Positions 47,550 through 56,506 of a DNA stretch of 64,000 nucleotides are shown in pieces. This DNA comes from an uncultured Candidatus Saccharibacteria bacterium (GTDB lineage: Bacteria; Patescibacteriota; Minisyncoccia; Phycocordibacterales; UBA9973). The notes under the pieces are model-generated. The model searched no databases. It was not told the origin of the DNA and was given only the letters and a program-made list of their open reading frames with translations. How positions within the stretch are numbered: position 1 is the stretch's first letter; the number at the start of each line of letters is the position of its first letter. Location: contig CAZKPK010000003.1 of the NCBI GenBank assembly GCA_964554645.1, positions 4,256 to 68,255 on the forward strand. Reading direction: 5' to 3'. A program made the translations under genes and the position numbers.

Positions 47550-48350
47550 TTATTTTCCGCCAAAGGCGGATCCGCCTTGGGCGGAAAAGTATTCAACTGC
47601 GTTTTTAAAAATTTGAAGCCCTTTTCCCTCTTTTGAAACTTTTTTATTCCCACCAGAGGAACGGGCAAGCATTTGCCACATCGGACTTTGGTGAGAAAAC
47701 ATTGCCCGTTCCGGATGAGGCATCATTCCCAAAACTCTTCCATTATAGGCTAAAACTCCCGCAATGCAAAAGTCTGAGCCATTTGGATTATATTCTAAAT
47801 TTTGAAATTTACAAATTTCTCCTTTTATATAAATGAAAGCTGTTTGGTTATTTTTCTTCAAATTTTTATATCCTCCTGCGCCTATCACATAACGTCCTTC
47901 GCCATGCGCTATCGGGAGCGATATTTTTTTGATTCCCTTCAGCCAGGGGCTATTTCCAATCGACTCTAAGTCGACCCATCTATCAATATATTTGCCATTT
48001 TTATTGTAAGTCAAAGCCCCCGGCAGAATTCCTAAATTAGTCATAATTTGAAATCCATTGCAGATGCCTATGGCCAGAGTGTCGCGCGATAAAAATTCCG
48101 CTAGTTCTTTTGCCAAATGATTTTTTAATTTATTAGCGTAGGCTTTCCCGCTGCCAGTATCGTCGCCGTAAGAAAATCCTCCCGGGAAAGCCAAAATCTG
48201 GTATTCAGACAGCATTTTTGGTTTGGCAATGAGATCATTGATATGCACGATGTCCGCGTTTCCCCCAACCGACTCAAAAGCGAATTTTGTTTCTTCTTCG
48301 CAATTGAGCCCGTAGCCGGACATTATTATAACTTTTGGTTTATTTTTCAT
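47550..48350 (-). CDS. purQ: FGAM synthase glutaminase subunit PurQ; C-terminal tail encoded by a family D repeat
   Basis: GICNGFQ, HGEGR and MPHPER motifs; ends ...YFSAQGGSAFGGK*, which is repeat-derived. Confidence 0.8.
   Translation of the reverse strand: MKNKPKVIIMSGYGLNCEEETKFAFESVGGNADIVHINDLIAKPKMLSEYQILAFPGGFSYGDDTGSGKAYANKLKNHLAKELAEFLSRDTLAIGICNGFQIMTNLGILPGALTYNKNGKYIDRWVDLESIGNSPWLKGIKKISLPIAHGEGRYVIGAGGYKNLKKNNQTAFIYIKGEICKFQNLEYNPNGSDFCIAGVLAYNGRVLGMMPHPERAMFSHQSPMWQMLARSSGGNKKVSKEGKGLQIFKNAVEYFSAQGGSAFGGK
47553..47588. repeat. family D GC-rich palindrome TTTTCCGCCAAAGGCGGATCCGCCTTGGGCGGAAAAG
   Basis: Clearest copy; inside the purQ 3' end, 3 nt before the purF start. Confidence 0.8.
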
Positions 48351-48360
48351 CTTTTTTAAA

Positions 48361-48394
48361 TTACCTAACTCTACCGGTCGAAAAAGTTAAGTAA
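48361..48394 (-). repeat. family C hairpin (copy 2), 10 nt upstream of the purQ start codon on the transcribed strand
   Basis: On the minus strand it reads TTACTTAACT-N14-AGTTAGGTAA-TTTAAAAAAG-ATG, the same as copy 1. Confidence 0.7.
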
Positions 48395-48402
48395 TTATAT
48401 AT

Positions 48403-50139
48403 TTAATAAATTTCTTGCTGATAACATCTTTCACAATAAACTATTTCAGGGCGATCTGGAGTATAGCTGGTTTTAAATTCTACTTTACATTTTTCTTGTC
48501 CATGAAAATGATTTTCTTTTTTACACATACAAATTCTATCCCAAAGCTTTAAGGGATTCCTTAAATTGATCCGCTGATAATGCCTGCAATTCGGGCATAA
48601 TCTAGGCAGAGGCAAGTTCATTCTTTTATAAAACTTGAATTCTTCCGGAATAATTTTAAAGGCTTCGGTGCACTGATCTTTACATTGGCCACTGTGCCCG
48701 CAAGCAATTACTTTATTCACTATATCATCTTTTATATCTTCAATATTATCTAGTATATTTTTATTTTCTATATCAATTTTATAATTTCTTTCTTCCGTAT
48801 TTTGCCAAGAATATCCCTGTTTTAAGGCTTCTTCCTTGGTTAAGGGAAAATATTCTTGCGCAATTGTTTCATTATAGGCAAATGGCGAAAGCTCGGACGG
48901 AAAAAATTCTCCGTATTTATAAACTCTTCCCTTCCTATCTACATAGGGTATTATATTCATCTGTTTTATAATTTTTGGCAAAAGTTCTTCATATTCTTCT
49001 TTCGTATATTGTTTGTTTAATATGCAGTATTGTTTTTTACGCAAACCTTCACAACCAAAAATATTTTTGCAGTCTCGGCATTCCTCATTATATCTGGTAT
49101 CTTGGTTGAAAATGTTTCTCATCCCAAAAGCCATATTTGATCCACCAAACCCGTTAGTGATTTCATAAACAAGTTCACTGTTCCAACCTTGAAATGAGGT
49201 GTCGTAAGCATCCTTGGCGTGATTTCTGATATAAAATAAATATTTTGAGTCTTCTGTCTGACCAGAGCTGAATGAATAGTGAGTATTGCGTGCTTCGGAC
49301 AAATCATCTCCATCTGAGGCGACTGATTTATAAATGCGGGCATATCTATGAGGTAAAGTTAATTCTAATTCTTCTAATTTTTTCAGAAACTCAAGATGTC
49401 TTTTATGGCTTCCCTTATTTTCTTTTATAAAGTTACCGTATTCCTCTTTTGAATGTGGTTTGTTAAAAATATAATATTGTTTATTTACTAGCCCGACACA
49501 ACCGAAACAATTCATGCAATTTCGGCAATCGATCAAATAAGAACTGTCCACACAATCAAAAGAATATCTGCTAAAAAATAATTTATTTGTTCTCATGCAT
49601 TCAAAATTCTCATAACTGAATTCATTTTTTTCGCAAAAAGCTACATCTAAAGAATCACGAGAGTCTCTGACTTGATTTCCAAAATAAACTCTTTCATTTC
49701 CTTTTCCCCCGAATAATAAATAACATTCTTTAAAATCCAGACCGTAATTGCAATAATCGCTTAATACAAAATTATCTCTGTATAAATTTGCTCTCGGGAC
49801 TGTTCTCTGGAGTGATTGAAATTGAGTGAAGAATGGGATTGAAAAATCATAATCGCGTTTATAACTCATTACATCCCATTTGTCTGAAAACCAACAATCA
49901 TAACAATAAACAATATATGGGCGTTCTTTATGATATAAACCTATAATTGATTTTTGACATAAGGCGCATTCTCGTTTGTAAAATACTCTGTTGTTTCTAA
50001 ACAGTAATCTTCTTTGGAATCTACACTCCGGACAGAATGTCGGCGGAGGAACTTTTAGTTTTTCATAAAAATTAAAATCTTCCGATTCGATGATGAAATC
50101 TTTTTGGCAATTTTTACAGATTTTTTCTTTATTACTCAT
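48403..50139 (-). CDS. cysteine-rich repeat protein with N- and C-terminal zinc-ribbon modules; unknown function; embedded in the purQ-purL interval
   Basis: Many CxxC pairs; internal repeats CRNCMNCFGCVGL..Y.I.NK.Y.KEEY; terminal modules F.I..E.F.FY.K...P.P..CP.CR. Confidence 0.6.
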   Translation of the reverse strand: MSNKEKICKNCQKDFIIESEDFNFYEKLKVPPPTFCPECRFQRRLLFRNNRVFYKRECALCQKSIIGLYHKERPYIVYCYDCWFSDKWDVMSYKRDYDFSIPFFTQFQSLQRTVPRANLYRDNFVLSDYCNYGLDFKECYLLFGGKGNERVYFGNQVRDSRDSLDVAFCEKNEFSYENFECMRTNKLFFSRYSFDCVDSSYLIDCRNCMNCFGCVGLVNKQYYIFNKPHSKEEYGNFIKENKGSHKRHLEFLKKLEELELTLPHRYARIYKSVASDGDDLSEARNTHYSFSSGQTEDSKYLFYIRNHAKDAYDTSFQGWNSELVYEITNGFGGSNMAFGMRNIFNQDTRYNEECRDCKNIFGCEGLRKKQYCILNKQYTKEEYEELLPKIIKQMNIIPYVDRKGRVYKYGEFFPSELSPFAYNETIAQEYFPLTKEEALKQGYSWQNTEERNYKIDIENKNILDNIEDIKDDIVNKVIACGHSGQCKDQCTEAFKIIPEEFKFYKRMNLPLPRLCPNCRHYQRINLRNPLKLWDRICMCKKENHFHGQEKCKVEFKTSYTPDRPEIVYCERCYQQEIY

Positions 50140-50175
50140 AATAGTATAATAGACACGGCCGTTGCTATTGTGCTA
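50136..50175. repeat. family A palindrome (copy 6, ..ATAATAGACACGGCCGTTGCTATTGTG..)
   Basis: Downstream of the purL stop. Confidence 0.65.
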
Positions 50176-50201
50176 TTTGATTATAATTTTAATTAATTCC
50201 T

Positions 50202-53090
50202 TCATTTTTGTGAGTTGGAAAATTTATGATAAACTTTGTGCAGTTTTTTTACATTCGTTTCAATTACTTTACTTTTACCGTCTGTAATTATAACTTTACC
50301 ATTCTTTTCTACTTTTCCAAGTTTAACATAGGAAATTCCTTTGCATATTTTTTCAAATTCTTTTGTGTTTTTGGGAGACACAGATACTAAAATTCTACCT
50401 TGGCTTTCGGAAAAAAGCTTAACATCTATAGATAAAACGGAAGCAAGGCTTCCGTTTTGGAGATTTTTTATGGAAACATTACAGCCCAGCATTCCGCCGA
50501 CACAGGCTTTGGCCAACGCAATTCCTAATCCTCCCGAAGTTACCGAAATTGAAGAAACTACGAGTTCTTTTTGAATGGCTTTTTCTAACGCCAGATAAGT
50601 TTTTAGATTTTTCTCTAAATTAACCTTCGGCACGAGTTCGTCGTTTGTTTCCCCTAATAAATAAATATAGTCACCACTATTTTTAAATTCTGGTGAGACA
50701 GTTTTATACAGATCGGGCATTACGCTGATTGCGGAAATAAGAAGCGTCGGTGGAATAGAAATAGCAACCGGATTCCCTTTCTCATCATAGCCTTTAAAAT
50801 CATTAAACATGCTGTCTTTGCCCGAAATAAATGGAGTGCCGTAGCCTACGGCATAGTCGTAGCAGGCTTTTACTGCCTCTACGAGCTGGTATAGACGTTT
50901 CGGGTCATTAGAAGAGCACCAGCAAAAATTGTCCAGTATCGCGAGATGTTTAAGCGTTCCTCCAGTGGCAATTACGTTTCGGATGGCGGTATCCAGAGCG
51001 CAAGCCGCCATATGATATGCGCTAATATCTCCGTAAGAAGGATAAATGCCATAGGATAAAACAACTCCCTTATTTGAATCTAGAACCGGGCGAAATACTT
51101 GCGTGTTGGTATTTATGCGTCCTGGACCAGAAAGTGGCTTCAACACAGAAGACGCCTGCACTTCATGGTCATATTGCTCGGAAATAAAAGAAAATCCAGA
51201 AATATTTTTGTCGGCAAGTAAATTTTCTAAAGTTTTTGTGTACACCTCACCCGGCTTTTCGAGATTTGGGTCCCACCCCAAATCTCCCCTTTCCTTAATA
51301 AGGAGAGGGGCTGGGGGTGAGGTTCTAAGTTGCTGTTTCGGCAATCCGTTATGCAAAAACTCCATATCCAATTCCATAATCTTTTTTTTCTTGTATTGCA
51401 CAATAACTTTTCCGGAATTTGTAAATTCCCCTATCACCATTGCTTCCACTCCCCGACTTTCCATTAATTTTTGGAATGTTCCCCATTTATTTTTAGGAAC
51501 AGATAAAGTCATGCGTTCTTGCGATTCGGAAATCCAAATTTCCCACGGACGCAGACCCGTATATTTAAGCGGAACTTTTTCTAAAAAAACTTTCGCTCCA
51601 TCACATTCTTTTGCCATTTCTGCCACTGAACAAGATAATCCTCCGGCGCCGTTATCAGTAATGCTGTTATATAAATTCAGATTGCGAGCTTCTTTGACTA
51701 TTGTGTCGCTTAATTTTTTTTGCGTAATCGGGTCGCCGATTTGCACGGCGGTTGCAGGCGAGGCTGAATCAAGCGTTACGGAAGAAAATGTTGCTCCATG
51801 GATTCCATCTAATCCGACTCTTCCGCCGATCATGACTATGTAATCGCCCACCTGCGCTTTTTTTTCATGAGCAGGTTTTTTTCCTCCCGAAACAGATAAA
51901 TTTCTTGGAATTAGACCTATGGTTCCAGCAAAAACCATCGGTTTGGCCCGGTAACGGTCGTCAAATTTTATAAAACCAGAAAGGGTGGGAATACCGGAGC
52001 AATTTCCTCCAACATTGATGCCTTTTATTACCCCGTTCATTATCCTTTTAGATGAAAGCATCGATTGAGTGAGATTTTTGTCTTTAAAAAGTTTTCGTGC
52101 ATCGTTCGGCTGGCTAAAACAAAATCCGTAAGTATTGGCAACCGGTTTGGCTCCTAATCCAAAACCGATTGTATCGCGGTTCACTCCGACAATGCCAGTT
52201 ACGGCGCCGCCAAATGGATCAAGCGCCGAAGGGCTGTTGTGGGTTTCCACTTTGTGAGTGATTAAATAATCTTCATCAAAAACTATCCCGCCGGCATTAT
52301 CAGAAAAAACAGAAACACAAAAATCTTTGCCACCCTTTTTCTTGCGTATTAGATTTGTCGCTCCCTTTATGTAAGTTTTATATAATCCATCTTTAATATC
52401 GTCAATCGGATTTGCAAAAATAGTGTGTTTACAGTGTTCGGACCAAGTTTGGGCGAGAGACTCTAATTCAACATCAGTTGGATTTCTTTTTAATCTCGCA
52501 AAATGTTCCTTAATGATACGCATTGAAGATAAATCTAAGGCTAACGGTCCTCTCCGTTTTCCTGTTTCGTCCATTATTCCTTCTTTGCCTATTTTGATTA
52601 ACTCTTGTTCACTTACTCCAAGATCCACATTTATTACAGATTTTCTTTTTTTGAGCGCCACTTTAGGAACTTTTTTTGGAAAATTTATTTTACCAGCTTG
52701 AACGCGCGCCATATAAGCTCTTTCAATCAGTGAATTGTATAAAGTAAGAGAATATTTTTGAACATCTTCGAGTTTGCGCGATTTAATAAAAAAAATTTTT
52801 GAAGTATATACCTGAAATTTTGTATTGTTTTTTAAGTTAAGCAAATCTCGCGCAATTTCTTTGACAGTGTGTCCAACATTATCCGTCACTCCGGGCAAGA
52901 ATCCTATTTCAATTGCATAAGAAAAATCTCGCGCCGGCGGAGATTCATTAATAAAATAATTTTCTAAAATTGGATTAGTGAGCGCCTCGGCGATTTTAAC
53001 GAGTTTCTTTTTGGATAATTTAGAATCAATAAGATAGGAATTTGTCTTTTCACCTCCTCCTTTAAGCATTACATATATACGGGAAATCAT
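50202..53090 (-). CDS. purL: FGAM synthase large subunit PurL (with extended N-terminal region, possibly a fused PurS-like domain)
   Basis: AIR-synthase-related N/C domain pairs duplicated; 962 aa. Confidence 0.85.
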   Translation of the reverse strand: MISRIYVMLKGGGEKTNSYLIDSKLSKKKLVKIAEALTNPILENYFINESPPARDFSYAIEIGFLPGVTDNVGHTVKEIARDLLNLKNNTKFQVYTSKIFFIKSRKLEDVQKYSLTLYNSLIERAYMARVQAGKINFPKKVPKVALKKRKSVINVDLGVSEQELIKIGKEGIMDETGKRRGPLALDLSSMRIIKEHFARLKRNPTDVELESLAQTWSEHCKHTIFANPIDDIKDGLYKTYIKGATNLIRKKKGGKDFCVSVFSDNAGGIVFDEDYLITHKVETHNSPSALDPFGGAVTGIVGVNRDTIGFGLGAKPVANTYGFCFSQPNDARKLFKDKNLTQSMLSSKRIMNGVIKGINVGGNCSGIPTLSGFIKFDDRYRAKPMVFAGTIGLIPRNLSVSGGKKPAHEKKAQVGDYIVMIGGRVGLDGIHGATFSSVTLDSASPATAVQIGDPITQKKLSDTIVKEARNLNLYNSITDNGAGGLSCSVAEMAKECDGAKVFLEKVPLKYTGLRPWEIWISESQERMTLSVPKNKWGTFQKLMESRGVEAMVIGEFTNSGKVIVQYKKKKIMELDMEFLHNGLPKQQLRTSPPAPLLIKERGDLGWDPNLEKPGEVYTKTLENLLADKNISGFSFISEQYDHEVQASSVLKPLSGPGRINTNTQVFRPVLDSNKGVVLSYGIYPSYGDISAYHMAACALDTAIRNVIATGGTLKHLAILDNFCWCSSNDPKRLYQLVEAVKACYDYAVGYGTPFISGKDSMFNDFKGYDEKGNPVAISIPPTLLISAISVMPDLYKTVSPEFKNSGDYIYLLGETNDELVPKVNLEKNLKTYLALEKAIQKELVVSSISVTSGGLGIALAKACVGGMLGCNVSIKNLQNGSLASVLSIDVKLFSESQGRILVSVSPKNTKEFEKICKGISYVKLGKVEKNGKVIITDGKSKVIETNVKKLHKVYHKFSNSQK

Positions 53091-53156
53091 ACAAACATAG
53101 TATAATATATCAAAATTAAAGACAAATTTGAAATTTTTTGATAGAATAAAGTTGTT

Positions 53157-54026
53157 ATGGAAGATTTTTTACTACATGGAAATTCAGAATATGGTCCAGC
53201 TAAAACCCAATTTCTAAAGGATTTAGCTGCTTTGCGGAAAATTTACCCAGAAGAAATTTTAGCTTTGGTTCATAAAAACATGGATATCTTGCTTAAAAAT
53301 TATGTCGCCTGGCAACAGTCTTTGGGAGTTCTGGCAAAAAATTTTGGGATTGAAACAGCTGATGTAAATAAAATTCCGGGAGTAATAGAACAAATTTCTT
53401 TTGAAAAAGCCAAAAAAACACTTTTAAAGAGAAGGGCGGAAAAAATTATTTTGGGAATTTCCGGTCCCGGAGCCGTGGGAAAAGAAATCGTTAAGGATGC
53501 TTTGGGATTCGACACAGTAGTCAATACCACCACTCGACCCAAAAGAGATTATGAAAAAGAAGATCAGCATTATCATTTTGTGACAGAAGCTCAATTTAGA
53601 GATATTCTGGCCCAAGGCGGTTTTGTAATAGACATGGAAAGAAAAGGCCGAGGTCAATACGGAATTCAGAAACAAGATGTTGATCAAGTTTTATCGCGTT
53701 CTAAAATCTCAATAATCGAAGAAAATCCGGAAAATTTAGCAAGTTTAGGCAAATATATAAAAATACACCCAGAATGTCAATTTATTTTAATTTATATCCT
53801 GCCGCCTTCTCCAATTTTACTGCACTTGGCAGCAAGACTGGCTGGCCGATGTCAAAAAACCGGTGAAAATTTCAGATCAGCGATTATTTCAACTTTAGGG
53901 ATCAGGCAATTGAAAGAATTTAATTCTATCTCGATCGCCATAAAAAAAGAAATTCTTGTAGTTTTCGCTGTTAATGATGATGTTGAATGTATTGTTAAAA
54001 AAATAAAAGATTTAGTTACCATATAA
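53157..54026 (+). CDS. guanylate-kinase-like protein with N-terminal extension
   Basis: P-loop GISGPGAVGK; TTTRPKR...G..Y.F fits the GMP kinase fold. Confidence 0.5.
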   Translation: MEDFLLHGNSEYGPAKTQFLKDLAALRKIYPEEILALVHKNMDILLKNYVAWQQSLGVLAKNFGIETADVNKIPGVIEQISFEKAKKTLLKRRAEKIILGISGPGAVGKEIVKDALGFDTVVNTTTRPKRDYEKEDQHYHFVTEAQFRDILAQGGFVIDMERKGRGQYGIQKQDVDQVLSRSKISIIEENPENLASLGKYIKIHPECQFILIYILPPSPILLHLAARLAGRCQKTGENFRSAIISTLGIRQLKEFNSISIAIKKEILVVFAVNDDVECIVKKIKDLVTI

Positions 54027-54031
54027 TCTTT

Positions 54032-55009
54032 ATGAAAAACATCGTGACTATTGGCGGAGGGACAGGCAGTTACACCGTTTTGTCGGGTTTGAAAAAACTG
54101 TCGGATGTTTCTTTGACTGCTCTTGTTTCAATGGCGGACGATGGCGGTTCTACTGGGGTATTGCGAGATGAACTAGGTGTGTTGCCGGGAGGAGATGTAA
54201 GACAATGCCTCGTTGCTCTTTCTGAACATAGCGAAGTGGTGCGCGAACTCATGAATTACCGATTTGATGAGGGGGTTTTAAAGGGACATAATTTTGGCAA
54301 TATTTTTTTGGCTACTTTAGAAAAAGTGACAGGTGATTTTGTCAGAGGCGTGGAAATAGCGTCGGAAATTCTAAAAGTTAAAGGCAAGGTAATACCGGTG
54401 ACAAAAAATAAAGCGCAATTATCTATTTTGCTTTCAGATGAAAAATTAATTGAGGGAGAAAATAGAATTAATCATTCCAATTTTCAAAATATTGGTATTA
54501 AAAAGATTTTTTATAAAAATAACGTGGAATTGAATGAGAATGCAAAACACGCAATTCTGGAAGCGGATTATCTTATCCTTGGTCCGGGAAATTATTATTG
54601 TTCTGTTGTTCCTAATCTCATCGTGAATGGTTTTAAAGAAGCTATCGGTAAAACTAAGGCGCAAATAATTTTACCGATTAATCTTACAAATAAATCAGGA
54701 CATACAATGTTTTGGAAAGTTAGTGATTATGTTCGAGTGATGGAAAAATATCTTGGAAAATCTGTCGATTTTATTTTAGTTAATACTGAAATGCCATCTT
54801 CTGAGCAAATAGAGCGTTACAAATTAAAAGAAGGGGATGGAGTGCTTGTGAATGATGATTTAAAAGATGAAAGAGTGATTAGAGAATCGCTATTATCACA
54901 CTTATTTTTTTCACACAGTAAAGCGGATAAATTGCAAAATATTAGAAGTTTTATCCGCCATGATTCAAAAAAATTAGCGGAATGCATTAAGAAAATAATA
55001 AATAAGTAA
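54032..55009 (+). CDS. YvcK/CofD-family protein (UPF0052)
   Basis: IVTIGGGTGSYTVLSGL and VLPGGDVRQCLVAL signatures. Confidence 0.7.
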   Translation: MKNIVTIGGGTGSYTVLSGLKKLSDVSLTALVSMADDGGSTGVLRDELGVLPGGDVRQCLVALSEHSEVVRELMNYRFDEGVLKGHNFGNIFLATLEKVTGDFVRGVEIASEILKVKGKVIPVTKNKAQLSILLSDEKLIEGENRINHSNFQNIGIKKIFYKNNVELNENAKHAILEADYLILGPGNYYCSVVPNLIVNGFKEAIGKTKAQIILPINLTNKSGHTMFWKVSDYVRVMEKYLGKSVDFILVNTEMPSSEQIERYKLKEGDGVLVNDDLKDERVIRESLLSHLFFSHSKADKLQNIRSFIRHDSKKLAECIKKIINK

Positions 55010-55022
55010 TCTATTACGTAAT

Positions 55023-55589
55023 ATGAAATTTATTTTTGATTTTGATGATGTGTTGTTTCAGACAAAAAAATTTATAGAACATGAATATGTATATTTAGTA
55101 AAAATTGGTATTTCTCGTAGTGTTGCGGAAGAATTTTATAAAAAAACAAGAGGCGGAGAATTTTCTTTAAAAAATTTTATATCCAATCTTTTTAATCAAG
55201 AGAAAATAAAAGAAGTTAAAGCAAAAGATGTATATGAACATATAATTAATAAAAGTTCCGATTTTGTTAATAAAGAATTATTAAAGATAGTGCAGAAGTT
55301 AAGAAAAGAAAATTGTTATTTGGTAACATATGGATATGAAGAATTTCAGATAGATAAAATTAAAAAAGCTGGTATTGAATCTTTTTTTTCTGAGATCATC
55401 GTGGTGTCGGAAAGTAAAAAAGAAGCAGTAGAAAAAATATGCGCTAAACATAAAGATGAAACAGTAATTTTTGTAGACGATAAAGCCAAGCATTTTGAAG
55501 ACCTTGATTTCCAAAAATGCCCAAATTTAAAGACAATTCTTTATGACGAAAAAGGTCTTGAGAAACTTAAAGTGGAAACTAAAAAATAG
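55023..55589 (+). CDS. HAD-superfamily hydrolase
   Basis: FDFDDVL motif I and downstream HAD motifs. Confidence 0.6.
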   Translation: MKFIFDFDDVLFQTKKFIEHEYVYLVKIGISRSVAEEFYKKTRGGEFSLKNFISNLFNQEKIKEVKAKDVYEHIINKSSDFVNKELLKIVQKLRKENCYLVTYGYEEFQIDKIKKAGIESFFSEIIVVSESKKEAVEKICAKHKDETVIFVDDKAKHFEDLDFQKCPNLKTILYDEKGLEKLKVETKK

Positions 55590-55819
55590 TAGGCAATCTG
55601 CTAGTCTTCTCTCATTTTAAAAACTAAAAAAGATAGTTTTTTAGAAAAATTTATTATATCAAATTTACTAACTGGGAGACTTAGAATTAGATCTAAATTA
55701 TCACCACTGCTAGGAGTTTGGTGCGACGTTGGAACCGCTTTGATGTTTAAAAAAGATTTATTATAGATATCCACAGCACTATTTGTAATAGAAACAATAA
55801 AAGCGTATAATTCTCGAAT

Positions 55820-56122
55820 ATGAAAAGATATAAAAATATTTTGATTCCGTTAGGGTCTTATCTTATTGCTTTTGTTTGGTACCTTATTTTTATGTCCTCC
55901 TCATCGTCATTCTCACAATTTGTTCCCTATAAAAGTGGAGATATAATGAACAAAGTGGTAATAAGTGTTTATTTTTTATTTATTATCGTTGGACTATTTT
56001 TTGGATTCAAAAGTAAAACAAAAGACTCTTCTCTTCTAAATAATTTAGTAGTTTTAATCGGTCTATTGTTGTTGATAGGATCTTTTCTGCTTTATAGTTT
56101 TTCTGCAGGTTGGACTGTTTAA
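55820..56122 (+). CDS. small 3-TM membrane protein (tandem paralog 1)
   Basis: About 40-bp promoter/5' end (CGTATAATTCTCGAATATGAAAA.ATATAAAAATAT) duplicated at 56138. Confidence 0.4.
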   Translation: MKRYKNILIPLGSYLIAFVWYLIFMSSSSSFSQFVPYKSGDIMNKVVISVYFLFIIVGLFFGFKSKTKDSSLLNNLVVLIGLLLLIGSFLLYSFSAGWTV

Positions 56123-56153
56123 GGTCTTCAATGAAGACGTATAATTCTCGAAT

Positions 56154-56459
56154 ATGAAAAAATATAAAAATATTTGTATTGCTTTTGCTTTATACGTAAT
56201 TGCCGTTTTAGTTTTTTTTTCATGGACGTTTTTCGTACCAGCCGCTAGCTCTCCAGGTATAGCTAATTCAATTGGATTAGGTTTAGGTGTTATATTGATT
56301 TTGTCCGGAATATTTTTTGGTCTTAGAAGTGTAGTAGCAAAAGAATCTACATGGGCTGGTTATATTGTGATAATTGTTGGTATTCTTACATTTGTCGCAC
56401 CTTCTATTCTAAGTAGCTATACATTTTGGGGGTTTCTATATAATTTAGGCATACATTAA
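56154..56459 (+). CDS. small 3-TM membrane protein (tandem paralog 2)
   Basis: Same duplicated promoter/start block; leaderless -10 TATAAT 7 nt before the ATG. Confidence 0.4.
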   Translation: MKKYKNICIAFALYVIAVLVFFSWTFFVPAASSPGIANSIGLGLGVILILSGIFFGLRSVVAKESTWAGYIVIIVGILTFVAPSILSSYTFWGFLYNLGIH

Positions 56460-56506
56460 AAAGAGCCCGCCGAAGCGAGCTCTCTATGTTTTGATAACCG
56501 ATTTTG

